Below are positions 1 through 9,331 of a DNA stretch of 64,000 bases, piece after piece; within the stretch, counting starts at the first letter, position 1, and every line of letters starts with the position of its first letter. The notes under the pieces are model-generated. The model was not told where the DNA came from, ran no database searches, and saw only the letters and a program-made list of their open reading frames with translations. This stretch comes from Candidatus Planktophila sp. (GTDB lineage Bacteria > Actinomycetota > Actinomycetes > Nanopelagicales > Nanopelagicaceae): NCBI GenBank assembly GCA_040402355.1, contig JBBAMT010000002.1:11975-75974 (forward strand), read 5' to 3'. Both the position numbers and the translations under genes were made by a program.

Positions 1-451
1 CTACTGAATCAGGTGAAGTAATCACTGCAGAAATTCCCATCGCATCAGCGGTGCGCACAATGGTTCCAGCATTACCGGGATCTTGGATCTGATGAAGGTA
101 GATAAAGGTTGACTTTCCGGTAGCTATTAATTCAGAGATATCCGACTCTGGTTTGTAGCAGAGTGAGATGAGCCCTTGCGGGGAAACCGTGTCAGACATC
201 GCTTTCAGAACAGCGTCAGAAACTTCTACAATTTCAACGGCGTTGAGGTCAAGTTCAGAAATCTTCGCAAGACCAGTCTCGGTCGCATAGAGAATCTTGA
301 GTTGTGGCCCGCTTTGTGAAGTCAGTGCTTCACGTGCGCACTGCACACCTTCGGCAACAAAGAGCCCTTGCTCGCGGCGCTCCTTCGCGCCCTTAGAACC
401 AATAAGAGCCTTCACTCGGCCAATATGCGGCGAGTGAAGGCTCTCAATCAT
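1..451 (-). CDS. TrmH/SpoU-family RNA 2'-O-methyltransferase, partial (3' end runs off the window)
   Basis: Absent from the ORF track because it is truncated. Hand translation of the minus strand from ATG at 451 gives MIESLHSPHIGRVKALIGSKGAKERREQGLFVAEG. The SpoU motif IQDPGNAGTIVRTADAMG is encoded at about 35-90, and the frame stays open to position 1. Its position downstream of rplT is typical of Actinobacteria. Confidence 0.8.
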   Translation of the reverse strand, partial: MIESLHSPHIGRVKALIGSKGAKERREQGLFVAEGVQCAREALTSQSGPQLKILYATETGLAKISELDLNAVEIVEVSDAVLKAMSDTVSPQGLISLCYKPESDISELIATGKSTFIYLHQIQDPGNAGTIVRTADAMGISAVITSPDSV

Positions 452-465
452 TAGGTATGTATTAC

Positions 466-825
466 TTATGCTGCAGGAAGGTTCTTGCGCGCAACATCCA
501 CAAGAACAATAAAAGCCGCTGGATCGTTTGTGGCGATATCTGAAAGGACGCGACGATCAACTTCAAGACCCGAAGCCTTGAGGCCCTGGATGAAGCGGTT
601 GTAGGTCATTCCATTTTCGCGAGCTGCAGCGTTAATACGCTGAATCCATAGCTGACGGAAATCGCCCTTCTTATCTTTACGATCGTTGAAGGCGTAAACC
701 ATCGAGTGCGTTACTTGCTCCTTCGCCTTTGTGAAAAGACGTGAACGCTGGCCGCGATATCCGGCTGCGCGCTCGAGGGTTGTGCGACGCTTCTTGGCTG
801 CGTGTACTCCGCGCTTTACTCTCAT
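466..825 (-). CDS. rplT: 50S ribosomal protein L20
   Basis: 119-aa ORF with the [15 protein letters not shown]-terminus typical of L20. It sits in the infC-rpmI-rplT operon order. Confidence 0.97.
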   Translation of the reverse strand: MRVKRGVHAAKKRRTTLERAAGYRGQRSRLFTKAKEQVTHSMVYAFNDRKDKKGDFRQLWIQRINAAARENGMTYNRFIQGLKASGLEVDRRVLSDIATNDPAAFIVLVDVARKNLPAA

Positions 826-837
826 TGGTCGACTCCC

Positions 838-1035
838 TTACTTCAAACCAAGCATGCGCTTGGCTGTCATTGTGACTGTTGCTTTAGCTGATGATTCTTG
901 GCTCAAACGACGAGTAACGCGTGATGACTTGTGCTCCAAAAGGTGGCGCTTGCCGGCACGCTCGTGCATGATCTTTCCTGAACCTGTGACGCGGAAGGTC
1001 TTCTTCGCACCACTGTGGGTTTTCATCTTTGGCAT
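838..1035 (-). CDS. rpmI: 50S ribosomal protein L35
   Basis: 65-aa basic ORF ([22 protein letters not shown]) lying between infC and rplT. Confidence 0.96.
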   Translation of the reverse strand: MPKMKTHSGAKKTFRVTGSGKIMHERAGKRHLLEHKSSRVTRRLSQESSAKATVTMTAKRMLGLK

Positions 1036-1079
1036 TTATCTTCTCCTGTTACTTCGTCGTTGTTAAAAACTGGTCAAAA

Positions 1080-1670
1080 TTAATGTGCAGCTGCTTCTTC
1101 TTCAGCAGCCTTCACTTTGGCGGCTCGCGCTGCCTTCTGCTCTGCTACCGCTTCGGTCTTCTTCTTCGTTGGCCCTAAAACCATCGTCATCTGTCGACCT
1201 TCTTGCTTAGGAGCGAACTCCACGAATGCAATCTCTTTCACATCTTCTGCAAGACGTTGCAAGAGTTTGTATCCAAGCTCTGGACGTGTTTGTTCACGGC
1301 CACGGAACTTCATCGTGATCTTCACCTTGTCGCCACCTTTGAGGAATTTCTCGACTGCTGAGCGCTTAGTCTCGTAATCGTGATTTTCAATCTTTGGTGT
1401 CATGCGCACTTCCTTCACCACAATGTGGGTCTGGTTCTGACGTGCTTCGCGAGCTTTCTGTGCTTCCTGGTACTTGTACTTGCCGAAGTCCATGATTTTG
1501 CACACTGGTGGATTTGCTTCGGGTGCGATCTCAACGAGATCTAGTCCGATTTCATCCGCCATTGCTAGCGCTGCTTCAATATCTACAACTCCCACTTGTT
1601 CACCGGTGTAATTGATGAGACGAATCTGGGGTGTGCGGATACGGTCGTTAATGCGCGGTTCTGTTGTGAT
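1080..1670 (-). CDS. infC: translation initiation factor IF-3 (probable ATC start at 1670; longest ORF starts at GTG 1724)
   Basis: The product contains the IF-3 core [14 protein letters not shown]...GEQVGVV...DLDLVEIAP...[18 protein letters not shown] (1676-1680, minus sense) lies 5 nt upstream of an in-frame ATC. The N-terminal length then matches other actinobacterial IF-3 proteins. Confidence 0.9.
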   Translation of the reverse strand: MTTEPRINDRIRTPQIRLINYTGEQVGVVDIEAALAMADEIGLDLVEIAPEANPPVCKIMDFGKYKYQEAQKAREARQNQTHIVVKEVRMTPKIENHDYETKRSAVEKFLKGGDKVKITMKFRGREQTRPELGYKLLQRLAEDVKEIAFVEFAPKQEGRQMTMVLGPTKKKTEAVAEQKAARAAKVKAAEEEAAAH

Positions 1671-1882
1671 TTCTGCTCCTATGTTCGGTTCTTGAGTATC
1701 CAAGTCGCTACAAAAAACGCGCACCGCATAGGCAGATGAAAACCTTAAAAGGTTTCTAGCCGACTAACCAATCCGCCGAAGCAGTAAAGGTGGGAGCGGT
1801 GAGCTCCTCTTGCAGCAGCGTGAGCTACTGGTCTGGGGCAAAGGCTACCTGAGGGGGCTGTGAATGGAAAATCCGAGCGTAA

Positions 1883-2650
1883 CTAGGCGCCCATGCCATG
1901 AAGCCCGCCATCGACATGGATAATCTCAGCCGTTGTCTTTGGGAACCAATCGCTCAAGAGAGCAACGGCGGCTTTTGCGGCAGGAACTGGATCTGTGACA
2001 TCCCATGCGAGCGGGCTGCGTTCATTCCATACAGTTTCAAATTCATCAAAACCTGGAATAGATTTCGCCGCCATGGTACGAATAGGTCCAGCTGCGACGA
2101 GGTTGATGCGAATATTTTCAGCACCTAAATCACGGGCTAAGTAACGTGATGTTGATTCAAGGGCTGCCTTCGCAACTCCCATCCAATCGTATTTTGGCCA
2201 AGCAACTTGAGCATCGAAATCGAGGCCCACGACAGATGCGCCATCTTTAAAAGTTGGGCGGCATGCCATCGTCAGTGATTTCAACGAGAAGGCTGAGACA
2301 TGGACCGCTGTTGCAACATCTTCCCAAGAGGTGTTGAGGAAGTTGCCACCTAGCGCAGCCTCTGGGGCGAAGCCAATGGAGTGCACAACACCATCAAGGT
2401 GTGGCAGGTGCTTCTGAACTTCGGCAGCTAATCCATCGAGGTGTTCCTGATTGGTGACATCGAGTTCAATGATTGGAGGTGTCTGGGGCAGACGTCCTGC
2501 GATGCGAGTCGTAAGACTGAGCGCACGACCAAAGCCAGTGAGCAGAACGTTTGCGCCTTCTTCTTGGGCAATTTTGGCGATATGGAAAGCGATCGAACCA
2601 TCGGTCAGTACGCCAGTGACTAAAATGTTTTTTCCTTGGAGGATGCCCAT
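1883..2650 (-). CDS. fabI: enoyl-ACP reductase [NADH], InhA type
   Basis: 255 aa, closely InhA-like (GKNILVTGVLTDGSIAFHIAKIAQEEGA, LVAAGPIRT). Lies directly downstream of fabG, as in the mabA-inhA arrangement. Confidence 0.93.
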   Translation of the reverse strand: MGILQGKNILVTGVLTDGSIAFHIAKIAQEEGANVLLTGFGRALSLTTRIAGRLPQTPPIIELDVTNQEHLDGLAAEVQKHLPHLDGVVHSIGFAPEAALGGNFLNTSWEDVATAVHVSAFSLKSLTMACRPTFKDGASVVGLDFDAQVAWPKYDWMGVAKAALESTSRYLARDLGAENIRINLVAAGPIRTMAAKSIPGFDEFETVWNERSPLAWDVTDPVPAAKAAVALLSDWFPKTTAEIIHVDGGLHGMGA

Positions 2651-2652
2651 TT

Positions 2653-3366
2653 TTAGTGACCCATTCCTAATCCGCCATCGACTGGAATAATTGCACCAGT
2701 GATATAGCTAGCTTGAGGTGAAGCGATGAAGGTGACAACATCTGCGATTTCTTCAACTGAACAGAAACGACCAAGCGGAACCTGTGCAGCAATTTCGGAG
2801 CGGCGTTTCTCGTCAAGATCTGCAGTCATATCTGTTTCTACAAAGCCGGGGGCAATTACATTTGCAGTAATTCCCCTGCTTCCTAATTCGCGAGCTAACG
2901 ACCGAGCCATTCCGACAAGGCCCGCCTTGGAAGCGCTGTAATTTACTTGACCTGCAGCGCCCACTCCTCCAACAACTGAACCGATGAAGATGAGGCGGCC
3001 GCGCTTTAACTTAAGCAGGCCCTTCGCCGCACGCTTTGATACCCGGAAAGCTCCGGTCAGATTTGCATCTACAACGCTCTCGAAATCCTCTTCGCTCATT
3101 CGCAAAATGAGAGTGTCTTTGGTAATCCCTGCATTGGCAACGATGATTTCGGGGAAACCAATCTCAGCTTCGATCGTGTCAAAGGCTGCATCTACGCTCG
3201 CTGAATCAGTGACATCCATCTGTACCGCATCAAATCCTGCTGGCGGAGTTCCATTGCGATAGGTAATGACAACTCTGTGCCCCGCCGCCTTGAGCGAAGT
3301 AGCAATCGCCAGACCAATACCGCGATTTCCGCCGGTGACAAGTGCGATGGAAACGAAGTCGCTCAT
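2653..3366 (-). CDS. fabG: 3-oxoacyl-ACP reductase (FabG1/MabA-like SDR)
   Basis: 237-aa SDR with TGGNRGIG, NAG and YSASK motifs. Ends 2 nt before fabI. Confidence 0.92.
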   Translation of the reverse strand: MSDFVSIALVTGGNRGIGLAIATSLKAAGHRVVITYRNGTPPAGFDAVQMDVTDSASVDAAFDTIEAEIGFPEIIVANAGITKDTLILRMSEEDFESVVDANLTGAFRVSKRAAKGLLKLKRGRLIFIGSVVGGVGAAGQVNYSASKAGLVGMARSLARELGSRGITANVIAPGFVETDMTADLDEKRRSEIAAQVPLGRFCSVEEIADVVTFIASPQASYITGAIIPVDGGLGMGH

Positions 3367-3393
3367 GAGAGAAAACTACCCTACTGTTGGACC

Positions 3394-3666
3394 ATGGCTA
3401 AAGAAGATGACGTTTACGACATCACTGATGCTCCAAAAGGGTTAACTACTGACCAGTCTGCGAGACAGCGCCGCTACTTCCTTTCCATGATGGTGCGAAC
3501 CGCCTGCTTTATCTTGACGGTAGTACTTCCTAGTCCTTACCGATGGTTTGCACTCCTTGGTGCGGTAACACTTCCTTATATCGCAGTTGTAGTCGCTAAT
3601 GCCGGTCGCGAAACAGTACTTCCTGGAACGGCCGTCTTGAAGAAGAGGCCGCGAGGAATTGAATAG
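3394..3666 (+). CDS. small two-TM membrane protein, DUF3099-like
   Basis: ATG at 3394 (MAKEDDVYDI). The track ORF from 3277 would overlap fabG. Contains RQRRYFLSMMVRTACF followed by two hydrophobic helices. Sits upstream of SURF1, as in other Actinobacteria. Confidence 0.7.
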   Translation: MAKEDDVYDITDAPKGLTTDQSARQRRYFLSMMVRTACFILTVVLPSPYRWFALLGAVTLPYIAVVVANAGRETVLPGTAVLKKRPRGIE

Positions 3667-4381
3667 TTCGAAAACTCGAGAGCCTCATTCGCTTCTCAAA
3701 TCTTTAGTAGCACTCCTTCTCATTATCGGTTGCATGTGGGCCGCACAGTGGCAATATCACCGCGGCGTAGACCGCCATGCGCGCAATGCAATCATTGAGA
3801 CTAATTCGAGTATGAAATCGGTATCTCTAACTTCCGTTCTCGCCAATCCGCCAGCTCATGAATGGCAACCTGTATCGACTCAAGGAACTTTTGATTCCTC
3901 ATCACAAATTCTTCTGCGAAATCGCTACTCTGAAGGTGTCTACGGTTTTGAACTCCTCACCCGATTCACCGATGTAAGCGGACGCACATTTTGGGTTGAT
4001 TGCGGGTGGGTCAAAGCTGGGGAGAACGCCACAACCAGACCGACTCTCCCATCCCTACCCACAGAACAGGTCGCAATTACAGGAAGGTTTCGCCTCGACT
4101 CATCACTTCCGCGTGGTTCATTCTTTGCAATTCCAGGAGATAGTTCCGAAGGACTGGTCTCGAAGGCGAATGCCCAATCAGGGTCAACTACTGAAACTTT
4201 CTATATCGACCTATTGAGTGGTTCAGCAGCATCTCTTACGCCGGCAGTATCTGCGCAGTTGCCAGAACTATCAGATGGACCGCATATGGCCTATGCGCTG
4301 CAGTGGCTCTTCTTTGGCGGCCTCGTTATCTACGGCCGCTATCTAATTCGTCGTGATGTCCTGTCGATCAAAGAGCTCTGA
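3659..4381 (+). CDS. SURF1-family cytochrome oxidase assembly protein
   Basis: 240 aa with a TTG start. N-terminal TM followed by WQYHRG. The C-terminal HMAYALQWLFFGGLVIY is typical of SURF1. Confidence 0.85.
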   Translation: MNSSKTREPHSLLKSLVALLLIIGCMWAAQWQYHRGVDRHARNAIIETNSSMKSVSLTSVLANPPAHEWQPVSTQGTFDSSSQILLRNRYSEGVYGFELLTRFTDVSGRTFWVDCGWVKAGENATTRPTLPSLPTEQVAITGRFRLDSSLPRGSFFAIPGDSSEGLVSKANAQSGSTTETFYIDLLSGSAASLTPAVSAQLPELSDGPHMAYALQWLFFGGLVIYGRYLIRRDVLSIKEL

Positions 4382-6208
4382 GTACAAACCGCCTTTAACA
4401 ATCAGCTCTTCGTGGGTTCCTCTCTCAATAATCAAACCCTTTTCAAGAACAAGGATCTGATCTGCCTCCATCACCGTACTTAAGCGGTGGGCGATGACAA
4501 TGGAGGTTCTTCCTTTGAGAGCATGCTTCAGCGCTTCATGAACGAGCGATTCGTTTTCGGAATCCAGATGGGCAGTTGCTTCATCGAGAATCACGATTGC
4601 CGGTGTCTTCAGCAAGAGGCGCGCTATCGCAAGACGCTGCTTCTCTCCCCCAGATAGACGATGGCCACGTTCACCTACCATCGTGTCAAAGCCATTCGGT
4701 AATGTGCTGATGAGATCCCAGATTTGCGCTGACTTACACGCCTCAATCATCTCGGCCTCGGTGGCATCTTCCTTTGCATAGCGAAGATTCTCTGCAATTG
4801 TTTCGTGGAAAAGATGGGCATCCTGCATCACAACACCAATGGAATCTCGCAGCGATTGCACCGTGAATTCGCGAATATCTTCGCCATCGATTGAGATAGA
4901 GCCCCGTGTAACATCGTAGAGACGCGGCAAGAGCGCGCTCATGGTTGTCTTTCCCGCACCCGAAGGTCCGACAATTGCCGTCATCGTCCCTGCCGGCGCC
5001 GTGAAGGAAATTCCGCGAAGGACTTCTCCGCTCTCAACAGTCTCTGCCTTTGCAGCCGATTCGAGTGAAGCAAGTGAGATTTCATCTGCTCGTGGATAGG
5101 AAAATGCCACATCGGTGAAATCAAGAGTGAGGTTCTTCTTATTAAGCACCTTGGCTCCGGGCTTATCCGTAATCATGGGATGTAGATCTAGAACTTCAAA
5201 GACACGTTCAAATGAGACGAGTGCTGTCATCACATCAATGCGGACATTAGAGAGCGCTGTCAGTGGACCATAGAGACGAATTAGTAAGGCGGTAATGGCA
5301 AGCAGCGTTCCAACTGAGATTGCCCCATTAATTGCGAGGTGTCCCCCGATGCCGTAGGCAAAGGCAGTTGCAACTGCGGCCACGCTGGTGATTCCGACGA
5401 AGAAGACTCTATTGAGCATCGCGGTTTGAATTCCGATATCAGCAACTTTTCGGGCACGAGTACGGAAGAAGTTCTCTTCCTTTGCAGGCTTGCCGTAGAG
5501 ATTTACCAACAGCGCACCAGAGACATTGAAGCGCTCAGTCATAGTGCTAGACATTGTGGCGTTGAGATTAAAGGCATCACGAGTCAGTGCTTGAATCCGT
5601 TTGCCAACCCATTTAGTGGGAAGTAGAAAGAGCGGAAGAAGTAAGAGAGAGACCACGGTGATCTGCCACGAGAGAATCAACATCGTGGTGACCACCAAAA
5701 CCAAGGAGACCACATTGCTGACTACGCCCGAGAGGGTTCCGGTGAAAGCTTGTTGCGCACCCATCACATCAGAGTTGATGCGCGAAATCAGAGCACCTGT
5801 CTGAGTGCGAGTGAAGAAGGCGATTGATTGGCGCTGAATATGCGCGAAGACTTCAGAGCGAAGGTCATAGATAAGACCTTCACCGATGCGCGCTGAATAC
5901 CATCGTCCGAAGATATTAAAAGCTGCATCAACGACTGCCAATAGCCCAACAAAGAGAGCTAACTTGGTAACGATCGCGCCATCCTTAGGGATGACGCCTT
6001 TATCGATAAGTTCGCGAAGCAGCAGCGGAGTTGAGACAACGAGCAGAGCCTCAATGACAACTGTGACCATGAAGATGGAAATCTGTGATTTATACGGAGC
6101 TCCGTAGGAGATGATCCGCTTTATCGTGCCTGGCTTTAATTTCTGAGATTTAACAGATGGATCTGCAGTCATCGACCGAAAGGTCATCCACACTGCATGT
6201 TGAGACAT
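4343..6208 (-). CDS. ABC exporter, fused permease/ATPase (type I exporter)
   Basis: 621 aa with six N-terminal TM segments. Walker A GPSGAGKTT, signature LSGGEKQR, Walker B ILDEAT. Confidence 0.92.
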   Translation of the reverse strand: MSQHAVWMTFRSMTADPSVKSQKLKPGTIKRIISYGAPYKSQISIFMVTVVIEALLVVSTPLLLRELIDKGVIPKDGAIVTKLALFVGLLAVVDAAFNIFGRWYSARIGEGLIYDLRSEVFAHIQRQSIAFFTRTQTGALISRINSDVMGAQQAFTGTLSGVVSNVVSLVLVVTTMLILSWQITVVSLLLLPLFLLPTKWVGKRIQALTRDAFNLNATMSSTMTERFNVSGALLVNLYGKPAKEENFFRTRARKVADIGIQTAMLNRVFFVGITSVAAVATAFAYGIGGHLAINGAISVGTLLAITALLIRLYGPLTALSNVRIDVMTALVSFERVFEVLDLHPMITDKPGAKVLNKKNLTLDFTDVAFSYPRADEISLASLESAAKAETVESGEVLRGISFTAPAGTMTAIVGPSGAGKTTMSALLPRLYDVTRGSISIDGEDIREFTVQSLRDSIGVVMQDAHLFHETIAENLRYAKEDATEAEMIEACKSAQIWDLISTLPNGFDTMVGERGHRLSGGEKQRLAIARLLLKTPAIVILDEATAHLDSENESLVHEALKHALKGRTSIVIAHRLSTVMEADQILVLEKGLIIERGTHEELIVKGGLYSELFDRQDITTN

Positions 6209-6228
6209 AAGGTATTAAATCTAGATTC

Positions 6229-6540
6229 TTAGACTGTAAAGCCAAGTGCGCGAAGTTGTTCGCGACCATCATCAGAAATCTTGTCAGGACCCCATGGTGG
6301 CATCCATACCCAGTTAATTTTCACATCATCGGTAAAGGGAGCAAGGGCTTGGCGAGTCTGATCTTCAATGACATCTTGAAGAGGACATGCGGCAGAGGTG
6401 AGAGTCATGTTGAGTACAGCAATATTGTTATCGTCGACCATCATGTCGTAGATCAAGCCAAGGTCTACAACATTGATTCCTAGCTCTGGGTCGACGACAT
6501 CCTTCATCGCCTCGTTAATATCTTCAATCTTTGCAACCAT
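6229..6540 (-). CDS. sufT: Fe-S assembly protein SufT (DUF59)
   Basis: 103 aa with the DVVDPELGINVVDLGLIY and TLTSAACP motifs. Last gene of the suf operon. Confidence 0.88.
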   Translation of the reverse strand: MVAKIEDINEAMKDVVDPELGINVVDLGLIYDMMVDDNNIAVLNMTLTSAACPLQDVIEDQTRQALAPFTDDVKINWVWMPPWGPDKISDDGREQLRALGFTV

Positions 6541-6577
6541 GCTCTTATCCTACTTTCGATTTGTGGACTTGTATTGC

Positions 6578-7021
6578 CTATCCCTGTTTCGCTAAAGCTT
6601 GAACGCTGGCATCCTTAAATGCCATCCATCCCAATAGTGCGCATTTGATGCGGGCCGGGTATTGAGATACTCCAGCTAAAGCAACGGCATCCTCAAGGAT
6701 CTCTTCATCGCCTTTCTCTGTTCCTTTGCTCTGCATAAGGTGCATAAATGTATCGGCAATGACTTGAGCTTGCGCCAAGCTCTTGCCGATAAGTAGATCG
6801 GTAAGAATTGAGACGCTTGCCTGCGAGATGGAGCAACCGACACCATCCCACGAAACATCCTCAACTTTTTCTCCAGCAAGGGTCACATTGAGAGTAATTT
6901 CATCGCCACAACTTGGATTGATGTGATGCACCTGAGCATCGAAAGTTGGGTTGAGCTTCTTATGCTGGGGGTTCTTATAATGATCAAGAATGACTTCCTG
7001 ATAGAGATTATCGAGTTGCAT
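6578..7021 (-). CDS. sufU: Fe-S sulfur-transfer protein SufU
   Basis: 147 aa and IscU-like, with NPSCGDE, GCSIS and KCALL cysteines. Confidence 0.92.
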   Translation of the reverse strand: MQLDNLYQEVILDHYKNPQHKKLNPTFDAQVHHINPSCGDEITLNVTLAGEKVEDVSWDGVGCSISQASVSILTDLLIGKSLAQAQVIADTFMHLMQSKGTEKGDEEILEDAVALAGVSQYPARIKCALLGWMAFKDASVQALAKQG

Positions 7022-8268
7022 CAGCGTGCAAAATATTTCTGTGCATCCGTGACCCCTGTAATCAGGGCATCAAGATCATCGGTGGTGTTGTAGAGATAGA
7101 CAGAGGCACGCGTAGTGGCGGGAACTCCAAGTTTGCGAGTAAGAGGCCAGGCACAGTGATGCCCGGTGCGCACTGCAATTCCTTGGCTATCAAGGAATTG
7201 GCCGAGGTCGTGTGGGTGAATATCGCCAACAGTAAATGAGACGGCGCCACCTCGTAGTTCGGTGGTGGTTGGTCCGATGATTCGAACTTCTGAGATTTCC
7301 TTAAGGCCGTTCAGTAAATATGCTGTCAACTCTGTCTCGTGGCGATGAATATTCTCCATGCCCACGTTTGTGAGGTATGTCAGAGCTGCGCCGAGTCCAA
7401 CTGCCTGCGCCATATTAGGAACGCCGGCTTCAAATCTGCGTGGCGCTGGAGCCCAGACTGCAGATTCCATCGTTACATTTTCAATCATCGAACCGCCAGT
7501 GAGGAAAGGTGGCAGGTCGGCAAGTAACTCGCCACGCCCCCAGAAGATTCCGATACCAGTTGGACCAACTGTCTTATGTCCTGAGAAGGCGAGGAAGTCG
7601 ATATCAAGGGCCTTCACATCAACTGGCATATGCGGAACAGATTGGCAGGCATCAAGAACCACTACGGCCCCCACTGCATGCGCTCGATCTGTGATTTCGG
7701 CTAACGGATTGATGGTTCCGAGAACATTTGATTGATGAGTAAGGGCAACAACCTTTGTGCGCTCGTTAATCATGGCGCCAAGATTGGAGAGATCTAAGCG
7801 ACCTTCCGGGGTAACAGAGAACCATGTAAGTGTTGCACCCGTACGAGCTGCCAATTGCTGCCATGGAATGAGATTGGCGTGATGCTCCATCTCAGTAACA
7901 ACGATGTTATCCCCCGCCTTCAGATGGAAGCGATTTCCAACAGGTGCATTGCCCATCGCATACGCGATGAGATTGAGGGACTCTGTTGCGCTCTTGGTAA
8001 AGACAACCTCATCTAACTGGGCATTGAGAAAGTTTGCGACAATTTCGCGGGCACCTTCATAGGCATCAGTTGCTTCTTCTGCCAGTTGATGTGCCCCGCG
8101 ATGAACTGCAGCGTTATTAAATCGATAGAAGTTACTCTCTGCTTCAATTACTACATTGGGCTTCTGACTTGTCGCACCAGAATCGAGATAAACCAGGCGC
8201 TTTCCATCACGGATTGTCCGATTAAGAATCGGAAAATCCTGAGCGATGGCGTGTGCGTCAAAGGTCAT
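7021..8268 (-). CDS. sufS: cysteine desulfurase SufS
   Basis: 415-aa class V aminotransferase with the SGHK PLP-lysine motif and the RTGHHCA catalytic cysteine. Confidence 0.95.
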   Translation of the reverse strand: MTFDAHAIAQDFPILNRTIRDGKRLVYLDSGATSQKPNVVIEAESNFYRFNNAAVHRGAHQLAEEATDAYEGAREIVANFLNAQLDEVVFTKSATESLNLIAYAMGNAPVGNRFHLKAGDNIVVTEMEHHANLIPWQQLAARTGATLTWFSVTPEGRLDLSNLGAMINERTKVVALTHQSNVLGTINPLAEITDRAHAVGAVVVLDACQSVPHMPVDVKALDIDFLAFSGHKTVGPTGIGIFWGRGELLADLPPFLTGGSMIENVTMESAVWAPAPRRFEAGVPNMAQAVGLGAALTYLTNVGMENIHRHETELTAYLLNGLKEISEVRIIGPTTTELRGGAVSFTVGDIHPHDLGQFLDSQGIAVRTGHHCAWPLTRKLGVPATTRASVYLYNTTDDLDALITGVTDAQKYFAR

Positions 8269-9023
8269 AGTGACGCGGAAACGTACTCCGCATATCCATT
8301 TGCTTCGAGCTTATCTGCAAGCTCTGGGCCACCTTCTTCAACGATGCGACCATTGGCAAATACATGTACGAAGTCAGGCTTGATGTAACGCAAGATACGT
8401 GTGTAGTGAGTGATGAGAAGGATTCCATGGTTATTAGCTTCCTTAGCACGGACAACACCTTCAGAGACGATACGGAGCGCATCAACGTCGAGACCAGAAT
8501 CTGTCTCATCGAGGATTGCAAATTTTGGCTTGAGGAGTTCAAGCTGCATGATTTCATGGCGCTTCTTCTCTCCGCCAGAGAATCCTTCGTTGACGTTACG
8601 TTGCGCAAAGGTTGGATCCATCTTGAGAGATTCCATTGCGGCCTTTACTTCTCCTACCCATTCGCGAAGCTTTGGGGCTTCTCCACGAAGAGCGGTAGCT
8701 GCTGTACGCAAGAAGTTAGAGACTGAAACTCCAGGAACTTCTACTGGGTACTGCATTGCCAGGAAGAGTCCTGCCTTAGCACGCTCATCGACTGTCATAG
8801 CCAGAACATCTTCTCCATCGAGAGTCACTGTGCCACTTGTGATTGTGTACTTCGGGTGACCTGCAATTGAGTATGCAAGCGTTGACTTACCTGAACCGTT
8901 AGGACCCATGATTGCATGTGTCTCACCTGACTTGATGGTGAGATCTACACCCTTAAGGATTTCAATTGAACCTTGTTCGGTCTCAACAGATACTTTCAAT
9001 CCGCGAATTTCTAGAGTACTCAT
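8265..9023 (-). CDS. sufC: Fe-S assembly ATPase SufC
   Basis: 252 aa with GPNGSGKST and the FSGGEKKR signature. 4-nt overlap with sufS. Confidence 0.96.
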   Translation of the reverse strand: MSTLEIRGLKVSVETEQGSIEILKGVDLTIKSGETHAIMGPNGSGKSTLAYSIAGHPKYTITSGTVTLDGEDVLAMTVDERAKAGLFLAMQYPVEVPGVSVSNFLRTAATALRGEAPKLREWVGEVKAAMESLKMDPTFAQRNVNEGFSGGEKKRHEIMQLELLKPKFAILDETDSGLDVDALRIVSEGVVRAKEANNHGILLITHYTRILRYIKPDFVHVFANGRIVEEGGPELADKLEANGYAEYVSASL

Positions 9024-9034
9024 ATCTATCTCCG

Positions 9035-9331
9035 TTACATCTCTACCGTGACGGAGTCTCCGTCGACAGTTACTGAATAGGACTTAACTGGCGCTACAGC
9101 AGGTGGCGTGAGCGCTTCTCCGGTGCGAAGATCGAACTCAGCTCCATGGAGCCAACATTCAATCTTAAAATCTGTGATGTCTCCTTCAGAGAGTGAGGCA
9201 TCGGCATGGCTGCAGGTGTCGTTGATGGCAAATACTTCATCGCCTATGCGAGCGACACAGATTGATTCGCCATTCTTCTCGATACGAACCGGCTTTCCCG
9301 ATGTCATCGCTGCAAATGAGAGATCAGACAT
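9035..9331 (-). CDS. Rieske [2Fe-2S] domain protein of the suf operon
   Basis: 98 aa with CSH ... CWLHGAEF (CxH/CxxH ligands). Lies between sufD and sufC, as in Streptomyces-type suf operons. Confidence 0.85.
   Translation of the reverse strand: MSDLSFAAMTSGKPVRIEKNGESICVARIGDEVFAINDTCSHADASLSEGDITDFKIECWLHGAEFDLRTGEALTPPAVAPVKSYSVTVDGDSVTVEM

Noticed and set aside
3277-3393. N-terminal extension of the DUF3099-like ORF
   Set aside because: It overlaps the 5' end of fabG on the other strand. ATG 3394 gives a protein of typical family length.
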